Source: Macrostomum lignano
Taxonomy: Eukaryota
Assembly (NCBI GenBank): GCA_002269645.1
Contig: NIVC01000065.1
Coordinates: forward strand, 260,977 to 324,976
Reading direction: 5' to 3'
Length of the DNA stretch: 64,000 bases
Shown: piece after piece, positions 36,465-48,384 of the stretch
Position numbering within the stretch: position 1 is the first letter of the stretch
Layout of the letters: each line of letters begins with the position of its first letter
The notes under the pieces: generated by a model
Seen by the model: only the letters and a program-made list of their open reading frames with translations
Database searches by the model: none
Told to the model about the DNA's origin: nothing
Translations under genes and position numbers: made by a program

Positions 36465-37185
36465 GTGTACCTGAATTCTAATGAGTCTACTTGAATTCTA
36501 ATGAGTCTACCTGAATTCTAATGAGTCTACCTGAATTCTAACGAGTCTACCTGAATTCTAATGAGTCTACCTGAATTCTAACGAGTCTACCTGAATTCTA
36601 ATGAGTCTACCTGAATTCTAATGAGTCTACCTGAATTCTAACGAGTCTACCTTAATTCTAATGAGTCTACCTGAATTCTAATGAGTCTACCTGAATTCTA
36701 ATGAGTCTACCTGAATTCTAATGAGTCTACCTGAATTCTAACGAGTCTACCTGAATTCTAATGAGTCTACCTGAATTCTAATGAGTCTACCTGAATTCTA
36801 ATGAGTCTACCTGAATTCTAACGAGTCTACCTGAATTCTAATGAGTCTACCTGAATTCTAATGAGTCTACCTGAATCCTAATGAGTCTACCTGAATCCTA
36901 ATGAATCTTCCTAAATCCTAATGAGTCTGACTGAATCCTAATGGGTCTACCTAATTTCTAATGAGTCTACCTGAATTCTAATGAGTCTACCTGAATTCTA
37001 ATAAGTATACCTGAATCCTAATGAATCTTCCTAAATCCTAATGAGTCTGACTGAATCCTAATGAGTCTACCTGAGTTCTAATGAGTCTACCTGAACTCCA
37101 CTGAGTCTACCTGAATCTTCCTAAATCCTAATGAGTCTACCTGAATTCTAATTAATCTACCTGAATCCTAATTAATCTACCTGAG
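36465..37185. repeat. 20-bp minisatellite CTACCTGAATTCTAATGAGT
   Basis: Directly visible. Confidence 0.95.
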
Positions 37186-37974
37186 TCAGACGCTGACCCA
37201 CAGGATGTACACAACGCCCCTAAATTTCAATCGCAAGCATGTACACTCTGTACCTTTGGCCATAATTGGTGAGAATGGCACAAACGCCAAATTAATGTTT
37301 GCCAGTTTTACTTGATCGAGACAAAAATAAATTGAAACAAAAGCAGAAACTTATCAATACAAATTTTGCTATTAGTCATCGATGGTATTACTTGCTTAGA
37401 TTACAGAAAACACATGTATTAAATATAAACCAAAATTCTGTCTGCAGGACAGAGCCAGGCAGACACGCGCACAAGACAAGCGAGAGATACTTCACGAATG
37501 CACTTGACAAATTGTTAAATTTACGTATTTATAATTGATAATATTATTCACACTGACGCATTACACCGAACGGTTGCGGACACGAGACAACTGGAGGGAA
37601 AAGTTGTTTTAGAAACTAATTTTTATTGTAAATGAAACCTGGGATAACTAAGACGTACATTTAGGGCAGAACAAGCAGCATGAACTTTTTCAACTTAGAG
37701 ATAATTAAATATTTATTAGTACAACAGCGAATAAAAATTTCAAACGAAACAGAGTGTGAAACTAAAAATTAAAAAACCGAAGTCTTAGCAAAATGATCGA
37801 ATATCAGAATCTTTCTAGATATGAACTTTTCTATTTAAATATGAAATCAGACACTTATCGGGTATTACTGCTGCCTAAACAGAACATAAGTTGGGAAACT
37901 TTACGGCTTGCATTCAGCACAGGATACGGAGAAGCGAGCTTCAGAACTGATGGTTAGACTAAAACAGGAGAAAG

Positions 37975-38500
37975 ATTTAGGCAGGCGATTTAGGGGCGAT
38001 TCTTACAGGCGATTTAGGGGCGATTCTTACAGGCGATTTAGGGGCGATTCTTACAGGCGATTTAGGGGCGATTCTTACAGGCGATTTAGGGGCGATTCTT
38101 ACAGGCGATTTAGGGGCGATTCTTACAGGCGATTTAGGGGCGATTCTTACAGAAGATTTAGGGGCGATTCTTACAGGCGATTCAGGGGCGATTCTTACAG
38201 AAGATTTAGGGGCGATTCTTACAGGCGATTTAGGGGCGATTCTTACAGGCGATTTAGGGGCGATTCTTACAGGCGATTTAGGGGCGATTCTTACAGACGA
38301 TTCAGGGGCGATTCTTACAGGCGATTCAGGGGCGATTCTTACAGGCGATTCAGGGGCGATTCTTACAGGCGATTCAGGGGCGATTCTTACAGGCGATTTA
38401 GGGGCGATTCTTACAGGCGATTCAGGGGCGATTCTTACAGGCGATTTAGGGGCGATTCTTACAGGCGATTTAGGGGCGATTCTTACACGCGATTCAGTAA
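37975..38500. repeat. 24-bp minisatellite AGGCGATTTAGGGGCGATTCTTAC
   Basis: Directly visible; explains the RRFRGDSY ORF. Confidence 0.95.
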
Positions 38501-39031
38501 CAACAAAAGGTGATTTAAAGGGCATTCTACAAAGCGGTTTACAATTAGGGTAAGTCACTTTAACAGTGATTTTAGACTACCATTTTAAAGCTAAAGTAAT
38601 CATTAGGATTTTATTTAAATATTATTATAAAATAGATATAGTTATTCTAAAAATAATATTATGACCTGCGGAGAGGTGATAAGAGGTGAGGAGAGCTGGA
38701 ACTATAATTAATGATAGTATATTAATGAAGAAACTAAAGTACAACGTGTTTGTTTAGAATCCAAACAAAAATAATAGAATACGAGCATCTAAGTGAACAA
38801 CACCCAATATAGGGACTTAAATAATCCCAATGAAAACGGTTCCTAGGCCAAGAATCGCCCCAGAGTCGATAGAGTCACTAGTGGGTAACGTTTTCAAAGG
38901 GACTATTTTACTCGTGCAACTTCAGCCAACTGTTCACGTGCCATGCGCCATTGCAAATAACATAAGCTTTAGTAGATAAATAATTATGGCTTCAGTATTG
39001 TTAATATTATGTCAATAAGCTATTAAATTAT

Positions 39032-42000
39032 TCAGCTGGACTCCTGCGCCGGCACGGGGCTGGCCCGGTGGGAGCTCGGCTGGCTGGAGGCGGCGCTGCC
39101 GGCGCCGGAGCCGTTCAAGGCGCCCGCACCGGACGAGGAGCCGTCGTAACCGCTGACGATTGACGAAGCAACGGTGGTGGGCACCCAGGAGTTGATGCCG
39201 TTGCCAGTCGAGCTGCCGCTCTCGTGCAGGCCCCAGACTAAGCCAACCAGACTGGTGTCCACCTTGCCTTCGAAGTACATCTGCGGCGGGATTGATATTG
39301 AGGGACGGTTGGTTGAGATCAATTATAAAGTGGCGCTGAGATCAAAGCAGAGCGGCAATTACAAAAGACATACATGCGCAACCTTGGGAATCCCAAGGTT
39401 GCGCCCAAGCATGACAAAAGATGGCGGTGAGATCAAAGTATGGCGGTGCGGTGAGATCAAAGGATAGCGGTGAGATCAAAAGGATGGCTGTGAGACCAAA
39501 AGGATGGCGGTGGGTTCAAATAATGGCGGTGAGATCAAAGGATGGCGGTGCGGTGAGATCAAAGTATGGCAGTGCGGTGAGATCAAAGTATGGCAGTGCG
39601 GTGAGATCAAAGTATGGCAGTGCGGTGAGATCAAAGTATGGCAGTGCGGTGAGATCAAAGTATGGCAGTGCGGTGAGATCAAAGTATGGCAGTGCGGTGA
39701 GATCAAAGTATGGCAGTGCGGTGAGATCAAAGTATGGCAGTGCGGTGAGATCAAAGTATGGCAGTGCGGTAAGATCAAAGTATGGCAGTGCGGTGAGATC
39801 AAAGTATGGCAGTGCGGTGAGATCAAAGTATGGCAGTGCGGTGAGATCAAAGTATGGCAGTGCGGTGAGAACAAAGGATGTTGGTGAGATCAAAATGATA
39901 GCCGTGAGAAAAAAGGCTAGCGATGAGATCAAAGGATGGCGGTGAGACCAAAAGGATGGTAGTTAGACCAAAAGGATGGCAATGAGACCAAAAGGATGGC
40001 AGTGAGACCAAAAGGATGGCGATAGGTTCAAATAATGGCGGTGAGATCAAAAGATGGCGGTGCGGTGAGAACAAAGGATGTTGGTGAGATCAAAATGATG
40101 GCGGTGAGACCAAAAGGATGGCGGTGAGATCAAAGGATGGCGGTGAGATCAAAGGATGGCGGCGAGATCAAAGGATGGCGGCGAGATGAAATAATGGCGG
40201 TAAGATAAAAAAATGGCTGTTAAAATCTAAAAAGATTAAATGATAGCGGCAAAGATCAAAGAACATCAAAGCCAGACTAACTTACGTCGATAATTTTAAA
40301 GTAGGCGTCTCCAGTGATTTTAGCATCGGAGCCAGCTTGATGCTGAGAACCAATGCGTGGCACGTCCAATTGATCGGCCACCTCTTGTAGGCCGCCCTTC
40401 AAATTTTTGCACCGTTTCATCAGCACTTTAATGTCGACAATATTGGGAAAGAATAAGCTGAGACTTTCGGTGAATTCTTGCAGAGAGGCCGGCATACAGC
40501 GCTGGGCTGTGCACAGCTTCATAACGTAGGCCCAATCGAATGGCGAGTGAAAGCACAGCCAAGTGATCTGAGGGAGTGGGAGGAATGGAAGTGATGCCTG
40601 GTTACAAATATAGAGCTTTTTGGTTTGATTGCTTAATGCTGGGGAAAATTTAAAGCTACACAATGAGCATTAGTGCGTTGCTAATCTTGTAAATCTTTTT
40701 TGTCGCTGATGTCGTTAAATGTGACGCTAATCTTGTCGGTAAATGTGTCGCTAATCTTGTCGGTACAGGTGTTGCTAATCTTGTCGGTAAATGTGTCGCT
40801 AATCTTGTCGGTAAATGTGTCGCTAATCTTGTCGGTAAATGTGTCGCTAATCTTGTCGGTAAATGTGTCGCTAATCTTGTCGGTAAATGTGTCGCTAATC
40901 TTGTCGGTAAATGTGTCGCTAATCTTGTCGGTAAATGTGTCGCAAACCTGTCGGTAAATTTGTCGCTAATTTTGCCAGTAATGTGCCGCTAATCTTGTGG
41001 GCAAATGTGCCGCTAATCTTGTCGGTGAATGTGTCGCTAATCTTGTCGGTAAATTTATCGCTAATCTTGCCGGTAAATGTGTCGCTAATCTTGTCGGTGA
41101 ATGTGTAGCCAATAGAGTCGGTAAATGTGTCGCTAATATTGTCGGTAAATGTGTCGCTAATCTTGTAGGTAAGTGTCGCTAATCTTGTCGGTAAATGTAT
41201 CGCTAATATTGTCGGTAAATGTGTCGCTAATCTTGTGGGTAAGTGTCGCTAATCTTGTCGGTGAATGTGTCGCTAATCTTGTCGGTAAATTTATCGCTAA
41301 TCTTGCCGGTAAATGTGTCGCTAATCTTGTCGGTAAATTTATTTCTAATCTTGCCGGTAAATGTGTCGCTAATCTTGTCGGTGAATGTGTAGCCAATAGA
41401 GTCGGTAAATGTGTCGCTAATATTGTCGGTAAATGTGTCGCTAATCTTGTGGGTAAGTGTCACTAATCTTGTCGGTAAATGTGTCGCTATTATTGTCGGT
41501 AAATGTGTCGCTAATCTTGTGGGTAAGTGTCGCTAATCTTGTCGGTAAATGTGTCGCTAATCTTGTAGGCAATGTTCCGCTAATCTTGTCAGTGAATGTC
41601 GCTAATATTGTCGGTAAATGTGTCGCTAATCTTGTGGGTAAGTGTCGCTAATCTTGTCGGTAAATGTGTCGCTAATTTTGTTGGCAAATGTGTCGCTAAT
41701 CTTGTCGGTAAATGTCGGTGAATGTGTCGTAAATATATCGTAAATTTTGTTAGTAGATGTTGTATACACTACAAATAGTTAAACAGCGCTCTCACCTGAT
41801 CATTCAACACCAATCCTGAGCTAATAAACAGCTCAGCAAATTCGGCAGAATCGATGCCTTCAACTTTGAGCTTTTCAAAATCGATGCCAGACAGATTGAG
41901 CAAATCGATACTGTCCTGGGCGTGCGCTTCGCTGTCCTGATTCCACAGGAAGTTAAACTGCACAGTAGAAAGAGGATCCGCCGATTCGCCGTTGGCATCG

Positions 42001-42330
42001 AAAAATGAGAAACCAATCTGTATTGGCTTCAGCATGTCTACATTGGCCTTCAAGTTGGTGTATTGGTACTCCTGGTTGTTCTCAAATGTGCCATAGGGTC
42101 GGGCGATAACGCCCGGAAATTCCGTGTCCTGTTAGAGTGGCAGAAAGCAGAGAACTTATTAATAGATTCTGTATGCTCCATCAGTCCCATGGGCGACCTC
42201 TTAACTAGAGAAATTTAAATATACTACTTACAATAGCCACATAGTGATACTTTTTGGCCAAAGTCCGCAGCCTCTTCATGCCAATATTGAGATTATTTTT
42301 CCACACATCAAGAATTTGATTGTCCATCAT
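39032..42330 (-). CDS. CNOT7: CCR4-NOT deadenylase subunit CAF1/POP2 (CNOT7/8-like), ~320 aa; exons 42330-42232, 42128-41796, 40567-40286, 39280-39032
   Basis: Phase-0 junctions give YVAI|[43 protein letters not shown] and [11 protein letters not shown]; the DEDDh residues are intact. Confidence 0.92.
39420..40200. repeat. 24-bp minisatellite GCGGTGAGATCAAAGTATGGCAGT
   Basis: Directly visible, CAF1 intron 3. Confidence 0.93.
40700..41740. repeat. 24-bp minisatellite GTCGCTAATCTTGTCGGTAAATGT
   Basis: Directly visible, CAF1 intron 2. Confidence 0.95.
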
Positions 42331-42515
42331 GGCTACAGATGGCATACTTGGCATTGCCCGTTAGGACAAAACTGAGTTCTAAGCTGAAGTGAGCAGATTA
42401 GAGAATTCATTTAAAATCTATAAAGAAATCCATTGTTAACAACAAGATTTTCTGACAATATAAAATGAGTGATCTGCAGATGCGGGTTCCGTGTTTGCTC
42501 TTGAAAATCACGGCT

Positions 42516-43341
42516 TATGAGGGTTGTGACAAAAGTTTGCAAACAAACTCATACAGCCCCATGCCACAAGGCACCAATAAAACACAATTTCATGGTCCTA
42601 AAGACACAGTAGATAGGCATCTTCTACAATTCTCAGCCACCACAATCTACTATACGCTTCACAGCAGCCCCTTTTGCAACCTACCCGCCAGTGGCCAGAC
42701 CACTATGGAAAAAATCGAATTTATAAAATGCAGAGCAAATTTGGTTTTTGTGGAAGCAAGGCAACTTAGGCAAGAGGCAGGCTGACATTCTTCATGAGCT
42801 GCAAGCTGCATTGCGTGCAGCAGGCACCGGATGCTGATTGACAAGTGACGCTGCTATAGCTTGAGGACATCCAGGGCATTCAATTGAAGTGTCATCACTC
42901 CTTCTTGAAGTAGTTAGGAATGACATGCAGCATTGCTTGCTTGCTGCCTAAGCTTCTGGCAGATATGCAGATGCAGGAGCACATATGCACTTGCCACAAT
43001 CTTCTTGCTGCCAGACTTTGGCTTTGAACTGGTGCCATATTTGTCTTATTTGTGGAGGCTAGCACCTAGCAACTACTGATTGTTTCCAAATATGAAAGAA
43101 CTATTATGTGGCAAGCACTATAGCAGCTTGTCTGAACTGAGTTGTGCAATCCACCAGTGGATATTGAGGACCCACACAGAAGTCATTGCTGACGGGATCA
43201 GCAAGCTGCCAAAGAGATAAGACAAGTGTATGCAGCTGAAGGGAAACTATGTGGAAAAGTGCAACTCTAAGTTTTAGACTCAGAGCTGCTTGCTTTTATT
43301 GCAGTAGGATTTGTCTACCAACTTTTGACACAACCCTTTTA
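42516..43341 (+). mobile_element. Internally deleted, decayed mariner transposon
   Basis: Inverted termini TA-TGAGGGTTGTGACAAAAG / CTTTTGACACAACCCTTT-TA; transposase C-terminal relics LAPSNY*LFPNMKELLCGKHY and DGISKLPKR*DKCMQLKGNYVEK. Confidence 0.85.
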
Positions 43342-44389
43342 CAAACTTAGTATATACATAGGAAAACAACTATACTCTTGGTATAATTTTTTTGATTTAC
43401 ATTGACAGAAATATTTATCTAAGTAAATACAAACCAATAGACCTAATAACAAATCTATTAATGGCATAGTTAATAATGTCAATTATGGCATAGTTAATAG
43501 GCAAGTTCCCTTTTTTGTTCATTAAACTATTTAAAATAAAACAATTCTAATATAAAATGATTAAAAAGAATAAAAGTAGGTCACCAAGACCTTTCTAATA
43601 TCCAAAAAATGAGATGCTCGATATTGCACCAAAACATGAACTTGTAAAAATTGGTTTGATTGTTTACAAGTAGGCCTATCAAGTACTAAGCACACAATCT
43701 AATTTACAGTCCCAAAGGTAGGCCTAATTCATGACTAAGACAAGTACCAATTATTGAGTTTAATTAAATAATAATAATAATAGTAATATTATTTCAGTAC
43801 TTAATTTTTTTTTCTTCACAAGAAAATATCACTTTAAAAGTTGATTTCTTGAATCTTGCTTTTTTAAGAACTAAAATTGTGAATATTACTTTTAAAGCAA
43901 CAAAGATATGCCCTACTATACAGTCATAAGTCATATAGTTAGTTATGTAACAGGCTATTATTATTGCATGCTACATCACTTTTATAATATTTCATTGTAT
44001 TAAATACCTAATTCTTTTTATTAGCATTTTATTCTCAAAACTAGCCTTATATTAAAATTCCATCAACTTTTGCCTCATTGACTATTATCTGTGCATATAA
44101 AGAGAATCTTTAGTACTTACTGTCTTTTTTAACAAGTAAATTGCCATCACTATTATCATTAGTGATAATATGTATATTAAATGATTATTTTACTAGAAAT
44201 TTACTAATCTTAGTGTATATCTTTGATAAAACTTTTGTAATGAAAACATTTTGTTTAAAACTGTCCACTATTTTTAGTAACCTGACTATTTAAAATGTAA
44301 GTGTGAAAGCTTCTATTAAAAACCAACTTGTACTGGTTTACTATCAGGCCTAGTACCAAAAGAACAGTTTGTTCTAAAAATAGCCATTG

Positions 44390-45500
44390 AGTCAGCCTTG
44401 TTCATTTAGAGATATGCCGTCTCTGCCCACTCTCTCCCCACAGCCAGGAAGACGGTAGAATCCTCGGAATTTTCCGGCGCAAATCAGCAATTTGCCGGCG
44501 CACGGCGCACACTTCACTACGCCGCGCGCATGGGCTCGGCGCATCGGCGCATGGCTCGGTGCATCGGTGCATGGCTCGGCGCATGGCGCACAAGGTACGT
44601 CAGTGTACGTGACAATATAATAATGAATAATAAAAAAATGTATATTAAATGTCAATCAATCAATAAAATAAACGATAGTCGATACGATAGTCATTATTTC
44701 CAATGTTGTTCCTATTTCAAATTTCATTAATCGACTTAACAAACTTAACAAATTTGCGCCTTTTGCGGCTTTTGTTGCGTCTTTTTGCTTATATTTTGCA
44801 AATAGAAGCCATGATTGAACTGCTTGAACTTCCATTGATATTGATTCAATTTAGATACTTAATACTTGATGGTGCTTTTTCAAGTGTATTTTTCTCGGCG
44901 CATGGCGCACAAGTAATTTTTTTTTCTCGGCGCACGCGGCGCACAACAAAAATTTTGATGGATGTTATTCCGGCGCACACGCTGCATCTTCCTGACCATG
45001 GCTCTCTCCCTTTTTTTCCCAAGAGCATATAGCCCTTCCTTCTTTCTCTAGGTGAATCAGCCTCTTTTTTTCTCCCTTTTGTTGAATAGGCGTTCTGCCT
45101 TTCCCTATTTCTAGATCTTTGAGCCCAGATTGATATTCTGTCAATTCCCCTGCCCAGACCCAGACTCTTTGTCTGCCCAATCCCCTCCTAATTCTAGTCC
45201 CTTATTAGGCGTACCCTACTGTGACCTGTCTCTTTCCCTATTAAGTGCATTACCCTCTATGTCAGCATTCTTTATTTAAGTTATTGTAATTCCCTGTTAG
45301 TGCACCTTGTTTCCTAGGCAACTCCAATCTATCGCATAGCCCTCCCTTGGACTAATATTAGTTGATAGAGTTAATAGACAGTGTCTTGCCACTCAGACTC
45401 AGACATTATGCCACTAGGAGCAACCTCAGGCTTAGGCCTTACTCTTTTTAGTAGTAGAATTTGCCTAATTCTCCCTAAATCCTAAGAAATTCCCAAAATC
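44390..45500 (-). mobile_element. Possible decayed Gypsy gag relic interrupted by the MITE
   Basis: Removing the MITE joins ...RAICS... to GCGERVGRDGISLNEQG*, which resembles an eroded zinc knuckle and gag terminus; weak. Confidence 0.3.
44445..44994. mobile_element. hAT-like MITE (~550 bp) with GGCGCA subterminal repeats
   Basis: Termini CAGGAAGACG / CATCTTCCTG; flanks CCCACAGC and ACCATGGC fit a CpG-decayed 8-bp TSD; many GGCGCA(C/T) motifs lie near both ends. Confidence 0.55.
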
Positions 45501-48050
45501 CCCAATGATAATCTTGTGTCAACAATAAAATAAAAGTTAGTAACCCCAACCCCAATAATAATTTTGATAGCTCAGCAGTGTAATTATCAATAGAGAGCCA
45601 AGAGGTTCATCATAGTTAGGCTTTTTATATTACTAATTCTAGAAAAAAATCTAGAATTGGTTAGAACTTAGAAGCTTTTTATATTGTCTATTCCATTTTT
45701 AGAATTGGTTCTAGAACTGTGTTTTCTCAATCTATCCATTGTCATGTTTACACTGTAATAGTAAATATATATTTGAAATTGTCAATTTTTATTAGGCCTA
45801 GACCTATTGACGGTATTGTTATATTAGGCTATGATTCTGTTTTTTGTCATAGGCCTATCCAAGAGGAAACACAGTCAAGGAAAGACAAAATTAAATTGTA
45901 AAGACTGACAAACATAAAATGGGTTCGAAGTTTTTCATTTTCCTACCGATTCTGGTTCTGGAACCAATCTGCATGAAAAGCCTAAGTGAAACACAGTCCT
46001 ATAAAGCCAGAACTTGTAGGAGTCTACTCAAATAAGTGTAAAAAGTCAGTATTACCAGTAAGATATAATTGCTGGGCCTAATCAAAAATCAATAATAATT
46101 AGGCCTATTATGCTCAAACTCAATTTGTGCTTATGCCATGGAATACGAAGCTAGGCCTATGCCTATGCCATACGCCCGTCGCCCAGTCATGCAAGAAGGC
46201 CTAAGGCGAATGATGCTTAAATAGCTTCAGTAAATTGAGTACTCTTAGATCGCAGACAATAAAAATCCAATTGCTTGTTGTTTATGTAACGTAAGGCCGA
46301 ACATTCCACTTTCGTATACAACTTAATGGAGGTTGTGAATTGAAGGCAGGCCTAGAAATTACCGAATTGTTAAAAACAACGAAACTCAAATTTAAGCTGA
46401 ATAGTTTAACAAAAAATTAACTGGCAGAATGTTAAAGCATAAAAATCTTTAATATCTATAATATGAGTGTTGTATAATTTTTAAGTGTAGTATATTTAAA
46501 TAAACTGCTAGTTTCATGCATATTAGAATTAATTTTATTACTAGCTAAGAAGCTCACAACTGTCATTAAACCGATTCGTCAAATCGGCTTAAAGCCCCTC
46601 CATATGTTTATATAATATATCAGATAATTATATTGTTATTTTCTTAGTATCAATAGCTTTTTAATTTGAAGCTAATACAACAAGAACCATGAAGTACTTT
46701 TTTGCGTTTGTCAAATTTCGACCTAGCTCATTATAAAAAGTTTCGAGCCTTGTAAAGGAAGGTGCTTTTCGACGTAGGGAAACTTCGTGTTTGTGAAACC
46801 TTTCGTCTCATTCGAAGCTATCACGTGTCAACTTGAGGTGGAGTACGCGGTGCACGTCTAGGCATCACAAAGCCGTCATAGCGGCTGAGATCGATGTACC
46901 ATATAGTAAGTATGTATACTTAGCGCCTTTTAGAATTACTACAGCTAGCCTGCTAAAACGAAATTTCTTCAATTAATAACCCCAAAAAATAATGCCGCAC
47001 TGCATGATTTAAGTACGTGCTACAACTACTAGTACAAAAGCTACTTACAAAGTAAACAAAACATTTTTTAAAAACAAGATGTTTCATGCATTTAAAGTAT
47101 AGATACGCGGGCCTAATATCAGTGCACGTACACAGGTACGTAAAATAGAAGGACTACTCAAGTCTACATTGAAAAGTCTTTAGTAGAATAGCAGTTGTAA
47201 TTAAAAGTATCGCACACCTCCCCGGCTTTTAAAACTTCACACAATCCTGATCAGGATGAGAAAAAACTTATAATTTTTTTAAACGGCGCATTCAATTTCT
47301 AGAATAATTAAAACATTGTTAAAAATACGAAATAGAACAGACATACAATGCAAGTAGCACTTGAGGCAGAGCAGTAAAATGGTTATTAAGTTTGCCTGAG
47401 TCTCGCGCCACGACTACTGGTTCTCGATTCCGTGCGCAGCCATAGTATTGGGCTTGTGCACGAAAATTGTTGGGCGTAGTTTGGTCGTGCGATTCACAAA
47501 GCCATATGGGCCAATCCCCAAGGCACTGCAGAGCTCGAGAGTGCACTTTTTTGATGATTAGAAAGCCAAAGGGCCGCTGTACACCCTGTAAGAGCGTGTG
47601 TATGAGTGCGTGTCTGCATACTTTTCGTTGGCGCGCTTGATATGTGCTCAGGAGGTCAGCAAAAAGGGCAGAATCACCAGCGTCGCCGAAGGCGTTGCGC
47701 CATAGGGTGCCTGCACAGCCCTCCTACAATTATTATTGGTAATTACCGCCTCAACAACATTAAAAAGTCGCCACCTTTGAGAGTGCGCAGTAAATTCTAG
47801 CTTAGTATCGACTTTTGAGTGACGCAACTTGCGCCACGCGACGCAGAGTTGGGCTGGGTGAGGAGGGATCGGGAAGAGCGGAGGCTTCCGCCCGGTTTTT
47901 CGAGAATTTTTAATATAAAAAAATGGTTGGCCAGGTGAAAGACGCTGGTCGAGAGACATTGCTCACTGGGGCAAAGGGTGCATGGCGACTTTTCAATGTT
48001 GCTGAGTATAGCTAATTACTTTGATGTCAAGAGTACACACTCTTCATGTA

Positions 48051-48290
48051 CACTCAGCAACATGTTAAAGTTTCCACCCCAGAACTTGTCAGATCTCAGC
48101 CCCAAATGACGCAATTCACGCCACGTTCGCGGGCTCGTATGGGCTGATTTCGCAATCAAGCTGATAAGAAGAAAAATAAACTGATATTATTGTATTGTCA
48201 ATGATAACATTAAAAATTAATTAATTCATTCATTCATTCATTATTCATGACCACTGGCTTTGGGTGGAAACTTTAACATGTTGCTGAGTG
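48051..48290. mobile_element. 240-bp MITE with perfect 29-bp TIRs and TA duplication (CMC/EnSpm- or Tc1/mariner-type)
   Basis: CACTCAGCAACATGTTAAAGTTTCCACCC at 48051-48079, exact reverse complement at 48262-48290, TA on both sides; a partial TIR lies at ~47995-48010. Confidence 0.9.
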
Positions 48291-48384
48291 TAGATTTTAT
48301 TGAGAGAAGTAAAACAATTTATATTATATAAAGGTCAATTTCTATTGAATAACTTCTGAGCTTCTGCAATCTTCTTAGTGGTTT

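Noticed and set aside
37908-38513. RRFRGDSY repeat ORF with RGD motifs
   Set aside because: 24-bp satellite; no signal peptide, splice context or unique flanks
46740-46900. Possible hammerhead ribozyme or Penelope LTR
   Set aside because: No CUGAUGA...GAAA core with valid stems on either strand
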